Source of the DNA: a virus
IMG/VR virus record: IMGVR_UViG_3300045988_175656
DNA length: 64,000 nt
Direction: 5' to 3' (one strand)
Shown here: positions 17,278-26,831 of the stretch, one piece after another
Layout of the letters: every line of letters starts with the position of its first letter
Position numbering within the stretch: the first letter of the stretch is position 1
Program-made: the position numbers and the translations under genes
Notes under the pieces: generated by a model
What the model was told of the DNA's origin: nothing
The model's input: the letters and a program-made list of their open reading frames with translations, nothing else
Databases searched by the model: none

Positions 17278-17763
17278 ATGGCGAGCACATTTACAATTTT
17301 ACAAACAGGGAGAAGTCTATCTTATGCTTTTCAGCTAAATATAGATACATTAAATACTGATATTATTTTAAAAGAAGCCCACATTTATGGAAACCCAGAA
17401 GATATTATATTATCAGCTACCCAAGTAAGTTCTAATTCAATACAAATTGATATTACTTCAAACAACACAGTTGTACAAAATCCAAATGAAATACCATTAA
17501 CAGTTGCAATAGATTTTGGAATAATTGATACAGGTGATTATATATCTCTTAGTCTTAATGGGGAACAAACTATTACAAGTGCATGGTCAGACCATGATTT
17601 GTTAGAATGTGTACTTCCAAGTACACCATCTAGTTTAATATCATATGATATTGAATGTGTTAAAGAAAAATCTCCTTATTTTACATCAACAGTTGATTTC
17701 ACAGATGAAAATTTCCCATATACTATCAGATTAAGTGCTGAAATATTGGGAAATTTTCAATAA
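17278..17763 (+). CDS. MASTF-family protein 1
   Basis: N-terminus MASTFTILQTGRS, preceded by the leader palindrome and followed by a terminator cassette. Confidence 0.75.
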   Translation: MASTFTILQTGRSLSYAFQLNIDTLNTDIILKEAHIYGNPEDIILSATQVSSNSIQIDITSNNTVVQNPNEIPLTVAIDFGIIDTGDYISLSLNGEQTITSAWSDHDLLECVLPSTPSSLISYDIECVKEKSPYFTSTVDFTDENFPYTIRLSAEILGNFQ

Positions 17764-17785
17764 ACGAAATTCTTTATATAATTTT

Positions 17786-17815
17786 AACGAGAATCTTTTT
17801 AGGTTCTCGTTTTTT
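17786..17815 (+). terminator. rho-independent terminator, cassette copy 3
   Basis: AACGAGAA at 17786-17793 pairs with TTCTCGTT at 17804-17811, followed by a T-run. Confidence 0.7.
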
Positions 17816-17820
17816 ATTCG

Positions 17821-17828
17821 TATATTTG
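17821..17828 (+). promoter_or_regulatory. -7 box TATATTTG
   Basis: Directly follows the terminator, 21 nt before ATG 17849. Confidence 0.5.
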
Positions 17829-17848
17829 CAATATTAATTAATATAATC

Positions 17849-18211
17849 ATGAAAAATACATATAAATATTCTTGTAAAGTTGAAGTAAATGATGAAGATA
17901 CATTAAAAGAATTGTATGAATATTTACGACATCATAAATATGTTGTTGATAGTCCATATCAATCAGTTGGAAAATATTTAGCAAATATTTTAGTTACAGT
18001 TAATGATAAAAGATGGCTTTCATATTATCTTTATTATGAAAGATATGAAGGGTATGCTGTTTTAATAAGAAGTGATATTGAAAACTATCATACAAATACT
18101 ATTAATTGTGGTACTGATGTTGATTTATTTAAAAAATTAGTTATCATTAAATATGACGAAGATGATTTTGATTTAGGACTTTATAATGTATATAAAGCAT
18201 ATGAAAAATAA
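17849..18211 (+). CDS. hypothetical protein
   Basis: Internal ATG (MKNTYKY...) of track ORF 17735-18211, placed after the promoter. It shares an INCGTDVDLFKKL-type block with the 38841 ORF (FIDCGDNVDLLKVV). Confidence 0.6.
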   Translation: MKNTYKYSCKVEVNDEDTLKELYEYLRHHKYVVDSPYQSVGKYLANILVTVNDKRWLSYYLYYERYEGYAVLIRSDIENYHTNTINCGTDVDLFKKLVIIKYDEDDFDLGLYNVYKAYEK

Positions 18212-18620
18212 GTTATTAACAAGACAAGATTTTAAAGAAGAAGTTTTTAAAAGGGATAAACATAAATGTGTTGTTCCTGGATGTGAACAAAAAGCTGTTG
18301 ATGCACATCATATAATGGAAAGGAAATTGTTTTCTGATGGTGGTTATTATTTGAATAATGGAGCATCATTATGTGCTGAACATCATTTGGATGCTGAAAC
18401 AGGTAAAATAACAGTAAAGGAAATATTAGATTATGTTAAGATAGATATAGATGAAATTCCAATTCCTGATAATATAACAATTGTTGATTATGTAGGATTG
18501 ATAAAAACTGATTCACTTGATAAGTGGGGAGAAAGGAAGAAAGAAATTGATTCAATTAATGAATGGTGGAAACAATATGAAAATAAGAAAGTTAAAAAAG
18601 AAACTAAAGAAGAACAATGA
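18186..18620 (+). CDS. HNH endonuclease-domain protein
   Basis: CVVPGCEQKAVDAHHI...NNGASLCAEHH is an HNH signature. The start is uncertain (ATG 18186 or 18201). Confidence 0.6.
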   Translation: MYIKHMKNKLLTRQDFKEEVFKRDKHKCVVPGCEQKAVDAHHIMERKLFSDGGYYLNNGASLCAEHHLDAETGKITVKEILDYVKIDIDEIPIPDNITIVDYVGLIKTDSLDKWGERKKEIDSINEWWKQYENKKVKKETKEEQ

Positions 18621-18744
18621 TTTTGTTAAAATCATGTGGCTTAAACATGTTAAAGAATGGTGTAAATTAAGTCATAAACTTTATAATATCTATCCAACAA
18701 TTACTAAACATTATATAAAATTTTGCAATAATAAAATAAAATGA
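18577..18744 (+). CDS. possible small basic protein
   Basis: Internal ATG of track ORF 18517-18744. It still overlaps the HNH gene 3' end, so it is doubtful. Confidence 0.3.
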   Translation: MKIRKLKKKLKKNNDFVKIMWLKHVKEWCKLSHKLYNIYPTITKHYIKFCNNKIK

Positions 18745-18944
18745 AAAATATTATAAAAATAAAAATAGCTTTATGGATTATTTTATGTCCTCTTATTCTT
18801 ATGTGGTTGTGGAACTTTGTAATGCCTAAATTTGGCATTATTGAAATTAACTATATTGAAGCATTTGCATTAAGAATTATTACAAGTATTTTATTTAAAA
18901 CTAATCAATCTCTTTTAAATGATTTTAATGAGATAGGAAAATAA
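18741..18944 (+). CDS. small membrane protein
   Basis: Two hydrophobic segments in 67 aa. Confidence 0.45.
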   Translation: MKNIIKIKIALWIILCPLILMWLWNFVMPKFGIIEINYIEAFALRIITSILFKTNQSLLNDFNEIGK

Positions 18945-18957
18945 ATGAGAAATAGAA

Positions 18958-19560
18958 ATGAAAAAAATAGGCTTATTTTTTGGAACATTTAATCCAATCC
19001 ATAATGGTCACTTAATGATGGCTAATTATATTGTTAATAATACCGATATTTCAACAGTATTATTTGTTGTTAATCCAACTGCGCCATTTAAAAAGAAAGA
19101 TAACCTTCTTAGTTTTGAAGATAGAGTGGATATGGTTGATTTAGCAATTGCTAATGTTAAACATATTAGGTCTACTAAGATGGAAAATGATTTGCCATTA
19201 CCAGCATATACATATAATACTTTTAGACATTGTGTTAAAACATATGGAGAAAACTTTGAATTTGTATTAATTCTTGGATGTGATAATTTAGATAAATTAT
19301 CACGATGGAAAAACGCTGCTGAAATTATTGAAAATCATGAAATATATGTTTGCCCAAGAAACGGAATTGATTATAATAAAGAAATTGCCAAGATTAAGAG
19401 TAATTTCAAAGTTAAAGCAATTTATGTTGTTACAGATGTTCCAGAGTGTAATCTAAGTTCTACATTTATTAGAAAACAAATAAAAGAAGGTAAAAATATA
19501 GAATTTTATGTACCAACTGATGTAAGAAAATATATAGAAAATAAAAAATTTTATTTGTGA
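18958..19560 (+). CDS. nadD: nicotinate/nicotinamide mononucleotide adenylyltransferase
   Basis: GTFNPIHNGHL (the (H/T)xGH motif) at the N-terminus and LSSTFIRKQI (the ISSTxxR motif) near the C-terminus. The size is typical for NadD/NMNAT. Confidence 0.85.
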   Translation: MKKIGLFFGTFNPIHNGHLMMANYIVNNTDISTVLFVVNPTAPFKKKDNLLSFEDRVDMVDLAIANVKHIRSTKMENDLPLPAYTYNTFRHCVKTYGENFEFVLILGCDNLDKLSRWKNAAEIIENHEIYVCPRNGIDYNKEIAKIKSNFKVKAIYVVTDVPECNLSSTFIRKQIKEGKNIEFYVPTDVRKYIENKKFYL

Positions 19561-19576
19561 TTTGTTATTTTTTTCA

Positions 19577-19605
19577 TTTAGTTTACTAATAATTAGTAAA
19601 CTAAA
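19577..19605 (+). promoter_or_regulatory. MASTF-leader palindrome, copy 2
   Basis: TTTAGTTTACTAATAATTAGTAAACTAAA, preceded by TTGTTATTTTTTT and ending 6 nt before ATG 19612. Confidence 0.85.
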
Positions 19606-19611
19606 CAAACA

Positions 19612-19995
19612 ATGGCAAGTACTTTTAAAATTTATCAAGAGGGAAAACTCAATGATTATGATATTACAATAGATTTGCATACTGATGGTGATGCAGAAAG
19701 AGTAACATGTAAAATCAAATGGACTGATAGTGATGGTAATACTGGTAGTCAACAATTAGACACTGATAAAATTTCATCTTATACAATACATGTTAATGCT
19801 AATAATTCTATTTCTATAATAATTTCAGGAGTTGATATAATGTATTATAGAAATAAAGAAGAAGCTGAATGCTGTAATACTTCTGTATATGTTGAATGTA
19901 ATCCACCGCTTACATGGAGTGAAGGCGTAGATGAAATTTCAGGCGAATATCCAGGTGGTAATGCTTCTATATATGGTTATGGAGAAATATGCTAA
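19612..19995 (+). CDS. MASTF-family protein 2
   Basis: N-terminus MASTFKIYQEGKL. Confidence 0.75.
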   Translation: MASTFKIYQEGKLNDYDITIDLHTDGDAERVTCKIKWTDSDGNTGSQQLDTDKISSYTIHVNANNSISIIISGVDIMYYRNKEEAECCNTSVYVECNPPLTWSEGVDEISGEYPGGNASIYGYGEIC

Positions 19996-20016
19996 AAATA
20001 TAATTTAATATAAATT

Positions 20017-20047
20017 AACGAGAATTCTTTGGGATTCTCGTTTTTTG
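20017..20047 (+). terminator. rho-independent terminator, cassette copy 4
   Basis: AACGAGAAT at 20017-20025 pairs with ATTCTCGTT at 20034-20042, followed by T6. Confidence 0.75.
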
Positions 20048-20059
20048 TTTATATATTTG
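20028..20059 (+). promoter_or_regulatory. Bacteroidota-type promoter
   Basis: TTTG at 20028-20031 (in the terminator loop) and TATATTTG at 20052-20059, 20 nt apart. Confidence 0.6.
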
Positions 20060-20086
20060 CATTATTAATTAATAACGAATAAAAAT

Positions 20087-20686
20087 ATGAGGAAATTTAT
20101 TGTAGCAAACATATCATCTTATATTGGACAATGTGTTGAAGCAGAACATTATTATTGTACTATCTACAAAAACATACAAATTGATATTGATAAAAATATA
20201 TCAGTTTTACATCATTGTAGAACTTCTTTTGAAAAAGAAGAACTTTATAAAGTTCTTAGTAAAGAAGATGCTGAAACTCTTAATAAAAAAGATAATTATT
20301 CCTTTTGGGAAGAAGGTAGTAAAGTTACTCGTTTCAATTCAATTGCTGAAATTAAAGAAGAATTATTAAAACAATTTCCTAATGATAATATTGTTACATA
20401 TGAAGATTGTGAACCTCATAGAGAGATGTTGATTAAAATTGATGGTGAAATAAAATCAATTGATTTTTTAGGCGAAATTTGGAATACAGTACCAAATTCA
20501 GTATGGAAAGATTTACTGCCTGAGCATTTTAAAGTTAAATGTGAATGTGGCAAAGAATATAGTGAAGAGGAAATACAAGAACTTATTTTCACTCATAAAA
20601 TTGGAAATAGAGAACTTGCTGTTTTTGATATAGATTTTTGTTACTGTTGTAAAAGACCTTATTTAATGTGGAATGTAGTATTATGA
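20087..20686 (+). CDS. hypothetical protein
   Basis: Track ORF. Confidence 0.65.
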   Translation: MRKFIVANISSYIGQCVEAEHYYCTIYKNIQIDIDKNISVLHHCRTSFEKEELYKVLSKEDAETLNKKDNYSFWEEGSKVTRFNSIAEIKEELLKQFPNDNIVTYEDCEPHREMLIKIDGEIKSIDFLGEIWNTVPNSVWKDLLPEHFKVKCECGKEYSEEEIQELIFTHKIGNRELAVFDIDFCYCCKRPYLMWNVVL

Positions 20687-21348
20687 AATATTGGATATGT
20701 ACTTATACATCCACCAATGACCAGGGATTAGGAGTTGGGGTTGTTACAAAAAGTGAAGAAAAACCAAGAATTGAATGGGAAAATGTTGAATGGAAAGAAA
20801 TATCTGAAGATGATTATAATAATTGCCTTGACCCTGTTAATGGTAGTCGATTTATTAATTCGATTCTTGATATACCACAATATATCATCACAGATATAGT
20901 GGGGAAAGTTGTTTATGAAGGTTCTTATATGGCTTGTGAATGGTATAAAGAGAAAGGTGGGGATGTTAGGACTTTTGGTGGCAATATTATTTTAAGAAAA
21001 ACACATATTGAAAACATTGCTAAAAAATCAATGAAAAGTGTATGGTGGAATACAATACAACATATGATTGAAATTGAAGGTGGAAAACTTAATTCAGATA
21101 CTATTAAATTTGTTGATAGGATAATAACCAATAAATTAGTACCATATAAACATCAGTTATCACAAGATGAAACTGTATTGAGAAGTTTTTTCAAAACTAA
21201 GTTTATAACATTTAATGATATTGATGTACCTGTTGAAAACAGACAAATAGTATATGATTTGGGTGAGTTTATTCGTTTTAGATTAACATTTGGGGATAGA
21301 CCAATTAATCATGAAGCCGTTGTTGAAATTAATATAAACTTATTATAA
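20683..21348 (+). CDS. hypothetical protein
   Basis: Internal ATG (MKYWICT...) of track ORF 20668-21348, giving an ATGA overlap with the upstream stop. Confidence 0.6.
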   Translation: MKYWICTYTSTNDQGLGVGVVTKSEEKPRIEWENVEWKEISEDDYNNCLDPVNGSRFINSILDIPQYIITDIVGKVVYEGSYMACEWYKEKGGDVRTFGGNIILRKTHIENIAKKSMKSVWWNTIQHMIEIEGGKLNSDTIKFVDRIITNKLVPYKHQLSQDETVLRSFFKTKFITFNDIDVPVENRQIVYDLGEFIRFRLTFGDRPINHEAVVEININLL

Positions 21349-21349
21349 T

Positions 21350-21721
21350 ATGGAATTACCAATTGAATTTAGATTAGTAAAAATCAAAAACTTATATCAA
21401 ATAGAATATAGGACTGTTGATATTTTCAAAAGTGTTCCAACATTTTCAAATTTTCCAAACAAGAGTAAAATTAAATGGGAAACCATACCTTATTATTTTA
21501 TAGAAGATAATAGAGTGAAAGAAACTACTTTAAAATATAGAGATATTGATGGATGTTGCATGTTTATCAGTAAACATCAAAAAGGCTCAGATATTAATAA
21601 TTGGTGTTTTAATATGAAAAACATGTTAGAACAAGAATTATATCAAAAGAATATTGTAAGTCAAGAAGATAACGAACTATATGATAAATATAGAATTGTT
21701 GAAATTATTAATGGAGATTAA
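21350..21721 (+). CDS. hypothetical protein
   Basis: Track ORF. Confidence 0.6.
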   Translation: MELPIEFRLVKIKNLYQIEYRTVDIFKSVPTFSNFPNKSKIKWETIPYYFIEDNRVKETTLKYRDIDGCCMFISKHQKGSDINNWCFNMKNMLEQELYQKNIVSQEDNELYDKYRIVEIINGD

Positions 21722-21740
21722 ACATAAAATTAATATAACA

Positions 21741-22124
21741 ATGAGATACTTAAATAAACTTAAAGAAATTATTAATGATTGGTTCAGAGATAAAACAATG
21801 GAACAATATGAAAAATATCTTCTGAATAATAAAGGTAAAAAGTGTCGTTTTCATATTGATAGAAGTGACTATGGAATAATTCGGCTAAAGTTTAATGCTG
21901 AAAGCGAACATGATTGGATAACTTTTATTCATTTCTACTGTTCTTCAACTGAAGAACAAATTAATTATTATGAGCAAACATTTGGTAATGAAAGTGTTAA
22001 TGAATTTATTGAAACCCATTCAATGATTGATGATATTCTAAAGGAATTTGAAAGAGATAAGGAGCGAATTGCAAAAGAAATCCAAAGGCAAAAAGACTAT
22101 AAACGTTCTTATAACATATATTAA
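21741..22124 (+). CDS. hypothetical protein
   Basis: Internal ATG (MRYLNKL...) of track ORF 21681-22124, which avoids overlap. Confidence 0.55.
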   Translation: MRYLNKLKEIINDWFRDKTMEQYEKYLLNNKGKKCRFHIDRSDYGIIRLKFNAESEHDWITFIHFYCSSTEEQINYYEQTFGNESVNEFIETHSMIDDILKEFERDKERIAKEIQRQKDYKRSYNIY

Positions 22125-22157
22125 CTTTAAAAATTTTTATATTATACCATAATTTAG

Positions 22158-22165
22158 TATATTTG
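22158..22165 (+). promoter_or_regulatory. -7 box TATATTTG
   Basis: Lies 5 nt before ATG 22170, which would give a nearly leaderless transcript. Confidence 0.45.
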
Positions 22166-22169
22166 CATT

Positions 22170-22310
22170 ATGAAAGAATATATAAAACGTTTTTTGGATA
22201 AATGGTTATGTTGTCATCAATGGGAAACCTACGAAAAAATATTGGTTAGAACCGATTTTGGTGGCTCTTATTATCGTTATATCCTAATTTGTAAAAATGT
22301 GGAAAAATAA
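22170..22310 (+). CDS. possible 46-aa protein
   Basis: Translates as MKEYIKRFLDKWLCCHQWETYEKILVRTDFGGSYYRYILICKNVEK. Below the track cutoff. Confidence 0.35.
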   Translation: MKEYIKRFLDKWLCCHQWETYEKILVRTDFGGSYYRYILICKNVEK

Positions 22311-22333
22311 AAAGATTAAAAAGCAATAATTAA

Positions 22334-23005
22334 ATGTTATATAAAGGTTTAAATATAGTAAATTGTGATTGTGTAAGATATTTTCAACTTATGAAAGACA
22401 ATCAATATCTTGCAATCATTGACCAAGAAGGTATCATAAAAGCTTCATTTATTAAAATGGGCGGGAAAATTTATGAATATTTTGACATATTCACAATTAA
22501 ATGTCTTGATGATTATAAAGAATTTGTTTATCCGTTATCATTTTTGTTTAGAAATGAACCTAATGCAAAAACATATATTTACCATATCTGTGATGAATAT
22601 GAATGGAATGAAAGATTAAAAGCTAATAATCTTAAATGGGCTAAAGAAGAGCTTAAAGATAGCAATTCTAATGCCAAACTAATATATGAAGAAATTTTAA
22701 AAAATGGTGGTAAATTTGTATCATTTGGGTCACTACCCAATGATGTGGGTTTATTAGTCTGTGCAGTTTCAAGTGATGAAGATTATTATTGGGTTTACAT
22801 AGAAACAAATTTAAAGGTTCATTTATCATCTTGTGTTGGTGGCTATGAAATTATTGAAGGTAATGAAGTAGAGTTTAATATATTAAAACATTTAATAGAG
22901 AATGACCCTGAAAGTTTATATCTAAGAATATTGGAGAACTTTAAAGGTACAAGTGATGCAATATTTACCCCTATTGTTATTAGTAAAACATTTAAAAAAG
23001 AATAA
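22334..23005 (+). CDS. hypothetical protein
   Basis: Track ORF. Confidence 0.65.
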   Translation: MLYKGLNIVNCDCVRYFQLMKDNQYLAIIDQEGIIKASFIKMGGKIYEYFDIFTIKCLDDYKEFVYPLSFLFRNEPNAKTYIYHICDEYEWNERLKANNLKWAKEELKDSNSNAKLIYEEILKNGGKFVSFGSLPNDVGLLVCAVSSDEDYYWVYIETNLKVHLSSCVGGYEIIEGNEVEFNILKHLIENDPESLYLRILENFKGTSDAIFTPIVISKTFKKE

Positions 23006-23010
23006 ATAAT

Positions 23011-23217
23011 ATGTCAGTAATTATCACAAAAAATAAAACAATATTTTATTGTAATACTTGTAATAATACTTTAAGTGGTGGTAATTTTGTTGCAATGCAA
23101 CAGATAATTTTTAATTGTGGATGGGTTATATTGCCAAATAAAAATTGTTATTGTGATAAGTGTGCTCATAAATACAATATCATACATGAGCCAAAAATTT
23201 GTGTAATTGAAAAATAG
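23011..23217 (+). CDS. small zinc-ribbon protein
   Basis: CNTCNN...CYCDKC, two CxxC pairs. Confidence 0.5.
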   Translation: MSVIITKNKTIFYCNTCNNTLSGGNFVAMQQIIFNCGWVILPNKNCYCDKCAHKYNIIHEPKICVIEK

Positions 23218-23258
23218 TAATTATATGGAAACAACTAAATATCCATAGCATTTATTGA

Positions 23259-23286
23259 GAAAAATTAGTTATTCATCTAATTTTTC
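23259..23286 (+). terminator. hairpin, possible terminator
   Basis: GAAAAATTAG and CTAATTTTTC form a 10-bp stem with an 8-nt loop. The downstream T-tract is weak. Confidence 0.4.
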
Positions 23287-23322
23287 AGTATTCTTTTCAT
23301 ATTTATATAAAAATAATAAAAT

Positions 23323-24216
23323 ATGAAAGAATATATATGCCCTTTTTGTAATAAAGTAATGCATAGAAATGCTATACATCACATTTATAATTGTGAAGAA
23401 AATGAACAAGATATTTCTAAAGATGAAATTAGAATTAAATATTTGGAGTATAATTTCAGTAAAGAAACTATTAAAAAATTGATAGAAGATTATATTAATT
23501 TATATTCTCTTCCAATGTTACGGGAAAAATATGACATAGATTATAAATCAATTCAATTTATATTAAAATATAATGATATTGAAATTAGGAATAGTTCTAA
23601 AAGTGCAAAATTAATATCAATGCCTAAATATAAAAAAACTTGTAATATGAAATATGGAACTGATAATGTTTCTAAATTAGACTTTATACAAGAAAAAAAG
23701 AAAAAAACATTTTTAAAACATTATGGTGTTGATAATATATGGAAAACTAAAGACTATGTAAAAAATATATGGAAAAATTATAGTGAAGAAAAAAAACAAG
23801 AAATAATTAGAAATGTTTATGCATCAATAAATAAAAATAAATCTGTTGGAAGCAAAATAGAAAAAAGAGTTGCATCTATTTTAGATGATATGAATATATC
23901 ATATTGTAGACAATTTTTTATAAATGGTTCAAGACATCCATATGATTTTAGATTAACTAATTCAAATATATTGATTGAAGTTAATGGTAGATGGTGGCAC
24001 GCAGACCCAAGATATTATAATGAAAAAGATATAATTAAACAACCAGGTAAAAAATATAATTTAAAAGCCAAAGATATTTGGGATAAGGATAAAAAAATAA
24101 TTGATTTTGCTTTGAAAAACGGTTTTATTGTTGTAACTTTGTGGGAAGATGATATAAATGACAAAGATGATTGTGAGTTAATGAAATTTATTATAGATAC
24201 TTTAAATAACATATAA
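23323..24216 (+). CDS. putative homing-type endonuclease with Vsr/DUF559-like PD-(D/E)XK C-terminal domain
   Basis: N-terminal CPFC..H..H zinc motif, KYGxDN repeats (KYGTDNVSK, HYGVDNIWK), and C-terminal PYDFRL...ILIEVNGRWWH resembling the D...E-x-(D/N)G-xx-H core of Vsr/DUF559 nucleases. Confidence 0.55.
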   Translation: MKEYICPFCNKVMHRNAIHHIYNCEENEQDISKDEIRIKYLEYNFSKETIKKLIEDYINLYSLPMLREKYDIDYKSIQFILKYNDIEIRNSSKSAKLISMPKYKKTCNMKYGTDNVSKLDFIQEKKKKTFLKHYGVDNIWKTKDYVKNIWKNYSEEKKQEIIRNVYASINKNKSVGSKIEKRVASILDDMNISYCRQFFINGSRHPYDFRLTNSNILIEVNGRWWHADPRYYNEKDIIKQPGKKYNLKAKDIWDKDKKIIDFALKNGFIVVTLWEDDINDKDDCELMKFIIDTLNNI

Positions 24217-24217
24217 T

Positions 24218-24892
24218 ATGAATAATAATGATAGAAAATATCCAAGAACTTTACATGTACCTTTTAGTGAAAGTATAACACCTGATGATAGAAGGTGTGA
24301 AAGTGATTGGTTTGATTACTTAAAAGATAAAACACTTGTTTTAACGGAAAAGTTAGATGGTTCACAAAGTTATATTTGTAGAGATGGTGTTTATGCTCGT
24401 TCTCATGCAACTGTTACTGATAATCCTTGGGATAAGAATCTATTTGAAAAAGGTGGTACATATGACCAAGTGAAAGGATGGCTTGCAGAAAATGAAGGAA
24501 TTTATGGCGAAAATATGTATGGTGTTCATTCAATTGAATATAATAAGTTGCCTTCTTATTTTTTCATGTTTGCTGCTCGTGATGATAAAAGATGGTATTC
24601 ATGGAAAGAAGTTGAAGAACTATCATCCATATTAGGTATTGAACATGTACCAGTTCTTGAAATAAGACGTTTTGAGACAGTTTCAGAACTTGAACAAGCA
24701 ATTGCATTCCACATGAAAAATGGTAGCAAATATGGGGACACAATTGAAGGGGTTGTTGTAAGAAACATTGAATCATTTCCATTAGATGATTTTTCTAAAA
24801 ATGTAGTTAAGTATGTTAGAAAAAATCATGTTCAAACAGATGAACATTGGAAAAAAAATTGGAAAAGAGCTAAATTAATGTTTGAATATTAA
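24218..24892 (+). CDS. ATP-dependent RNA ligase (Rnl2-superfamily nucleotidyltransferase)
   Basis: N-terminal YPRTLHVPFS, adenylylation motif I TEKLDGSQ (KxDG) and a downstream GIYGENMYG block. The size fits stand-alone RNA ligases. Confidence 0.7.
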   Translation: MNNNDRKYPRTLHVPFSESITPDDRRCESDWFDYLKDKTLVLTEKLDGSQSYICRDGVYARSHATVTDNPWDKNLFEKGGTYDQVKGWLAENEGIYGENMYGVHSIEYNKLPSYFFMFAARDDKRWYSWKEVEELSSILGIEHVPVLEIRRFETVSELEQAIAFHMKNGSKYGDTIEGVVVRNIESFPLDDFSKNVVKYVRKNHVQTDEHWKKNWKRAKLMFEY

Positions 24893-24893
24893 T

Positions 24894-25151
24894 ATGACAG
24901 AACAAGAATCTTTAAATTTTTATGAGAGTTATGTGAAAAATAACCCTCAATATAATCAAACAAGATGGGAACGTTGTGAGTTTGAAGAATATCGTAATTG
25001 TTTGGCTAAATTTCTTAAATATCCACAAGGTCATAGATGGAAATTCCCTGAATGGTTTGATATTCAAGATATTGCATTTAAAGTACTTGTAGATAAAAGT
25101 AAAATAACTGAAGAAGAATACAAATTCTATTGTTTAAGATTCAAAGTATGA
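24894..25151 (+). CDS. hypothetical protein
   Basis: Internal ATG (MTEQESL...) of track ORF 24882-25151, starting 2 nt after the ligase stop. Confidence 0.55.
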   Translation: MTEQESLNFYESYVKNNPQYNQTRWERCEFEEYRNCLAKFLKYPQGHRWKFPEWFDIQDIAFKVLVDKSKITEEEYKFYCLRFKV

Positions 25152-25177
25152 TTAATAATAAAAATAAACATATAAAA

Positions 25178-25669
25178 ATGAAAAAAGTTATTAAATGGTT
25201 TTTGGGGGCTATTTTGATTATATTAATCATACAAGCTGTTTTTGTGGTAATACCTTATACTATTTCTACATTTAATGAACAAAAAGACATAAGAAATTCT
25301 TATAGTCAAAAGGTTCAAGAAAAAGAAGTTATTATGAATGAATTTACATCTTGTTTAACAAATAGTTTGAATATCAGTAATACTAATGCCAAATATTTTA
25401 AGGAAAATATTCAAATTATTATGGATAACAGACAAGATGGAATGGGATTAATGTGGAAATGGGTTAAAGAAATAAACCCCAATGCAAATTATAAAGAAGT
25501 TGCAGACCTATTTAAAAATATGCAACAAATGTATAGTGAAAAACGTGATATTATCATTAAAGCTAATGCTGATATATTCATGTTACAAAAACGGGATAAA
25601 GACTTAATAACTAAGTTTCCATCCTCAGTTGTTATTAAAGTGTTTGGAGAAACTACACCAATAAAATAG
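25178..25669 (+). CDS. membrane-anchored protein, paralog A of the 25955 gene
   Basis: N-terminal TM helix followed by NEQKDIRNSYSQKVQEKE...YFKENIQIIMDNRQDG..MWKWVKEINPNANY, alignable with the C-terminal half of 25955-26812. Confidence 0.6.
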   Translation: MKKVIKWFLGAILIILIIQAVFVVIPYTISTFNEQKDIRNSYSQKVQEKEVIMNEFTSCLTNSLNISNTNAKYFKENIQIIMDNRQDGMGLMWKWVKEINPNANYKEVADLFKNMQQMYSEKRDIIIKANADIFMLQKRDKDLITKFPSSVVIKVFGETTPIK

Positions 25670-25671
25670 AT

Positions 25672-25866
25672 ATGGAAAATAGTTTCATAATTGAAGAATG
25701 GGTCTTAGAGGATGTTATTGATACTTTAAGACAAATGCAGAATTATCGAGATGAAGTTTCTACTACTGAAACTGCATTAGATAGAAGTATTGCTAATAGT
25801 AAAAAGTTATTGGAGAGTGTCAAAAATACTAAGCCAATTTATTATGGCAAATTTCACAAATATTAA
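25672..25866 (+). CDS. hypothetical protein
   Basis: Track ORF. Confidence 0.5.
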   Translation: MENSFIIEEWVLEDVIDTLRQMQNYRDEVSTTETALDRSIANSKKLLESVKNTKPIYYGKFHKY

Positions 25867-25954
25867 TATATAAAATTTTGTAGTATTAAATATTTTGTTT
25901 TACTTTGTATTGTAATTGTTAAATGAAATATTAAACATTTAAACTTAAAAGAAA

Positions 25955-26812
25955 ATGAGCGAAAAAATTGAGAGTAGAAAAGATGTTAGAAACGTGGCTG
26001 TTGTTTTTGGAAACTATGTTATCAACACACCAATTTTGTTGTTTGCAATATTTGTTGCATATTCAATATTAGTTGGTATTATCACATTTAGTAATCCAAT
26101 CCCTGAAATTTTTGGAAATAATGCTAAAGGAGAGTGTACTGGTTGGTTTGTATTTTATTGTGCTATTGAAATTATAGCATGGGCTGTTTATAGTTTTATT
26201 TACTTCATGGCTTCATATGAAAGTAATTCAACAGAAAAAGATGTGAAATCAATTCTAATACTTGATATTGCAAATAAGAAAGATGAAGAAGATGCTAATA
26301 AAATTAAAGTAAGTTGGAAAAAACTTGTATGGCTTATTATTGCAGTTCTTGTTATTTTTAGCGGATATAAAGCAACAAAATATTCTTTAACTGAAGGTGT
26401 AGCTGTATATAACGAACAGAAAGATATTCGTAACACTTATGAACAGAAGGTTCAAGAAAGAAATATTATGATGTCTGAATTTATGGACTGTTTGACAAGT
26501 TCTCTTAAAGTTAGTGAAACTAATGCAAATTATTTTAAAGAGAATATTCAGTCTATTATGGAAAACCGTAAAGATGGTGATAAACTTATGTGGAAATGGG
26601 TAACAGAGGTTAATCCTAATGCAAATTTCAACGAAGTATCTGAAATGTTCCAACATATGCAATCACTTTATTTAGAAAAAAGAAGTTCAATTATTGCAAT
26701 TAATAAAGTATTGTTTGAACTTGAAAAAAGAGATGCTAATCTTAGAACTATGTTCCCTTCTAATATGATTATTAATCTTGTTGGGGAAACAGAACCTTTA
26801 ATTAGAAAATAA
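25955..26812 (+). CDS. multi-pass membrane protein, paralog B
   Basis: Extra N-terminal TM segments followed by NEQKDIRNTYEQKVQERN...YFKENIQSIMENRKDG..MWKWVTEVNPNANF. Confidence 0.65.
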   Translation: MSEKIESRKDVRNVAVVFGNYVINTPILLFAIFVAYSILVGIITFSNPIPEIFGNNAKGECTGWFVFYCAIEIIAWAVYSFIYFMASYESNSTEKDVKSILILDIANKKDEEDANKIKVSWKKLVWLIIAVLVIFSGYKATKYSLTEGVAVYNEQKDIRNTYEQKVQERNIMMSEFMDCLTSSLKVSETNANYFKENIQSIMENRKDGDKLMWKWVTEVNPNANFNEVSEMFQHMQSLYLEKRSSIIAINKVLFELEKRDANLRTMFPSNMIINLVGETEPLIRK

Positions 26813-26831
26813 CTGATATTAAATCTTTTGT

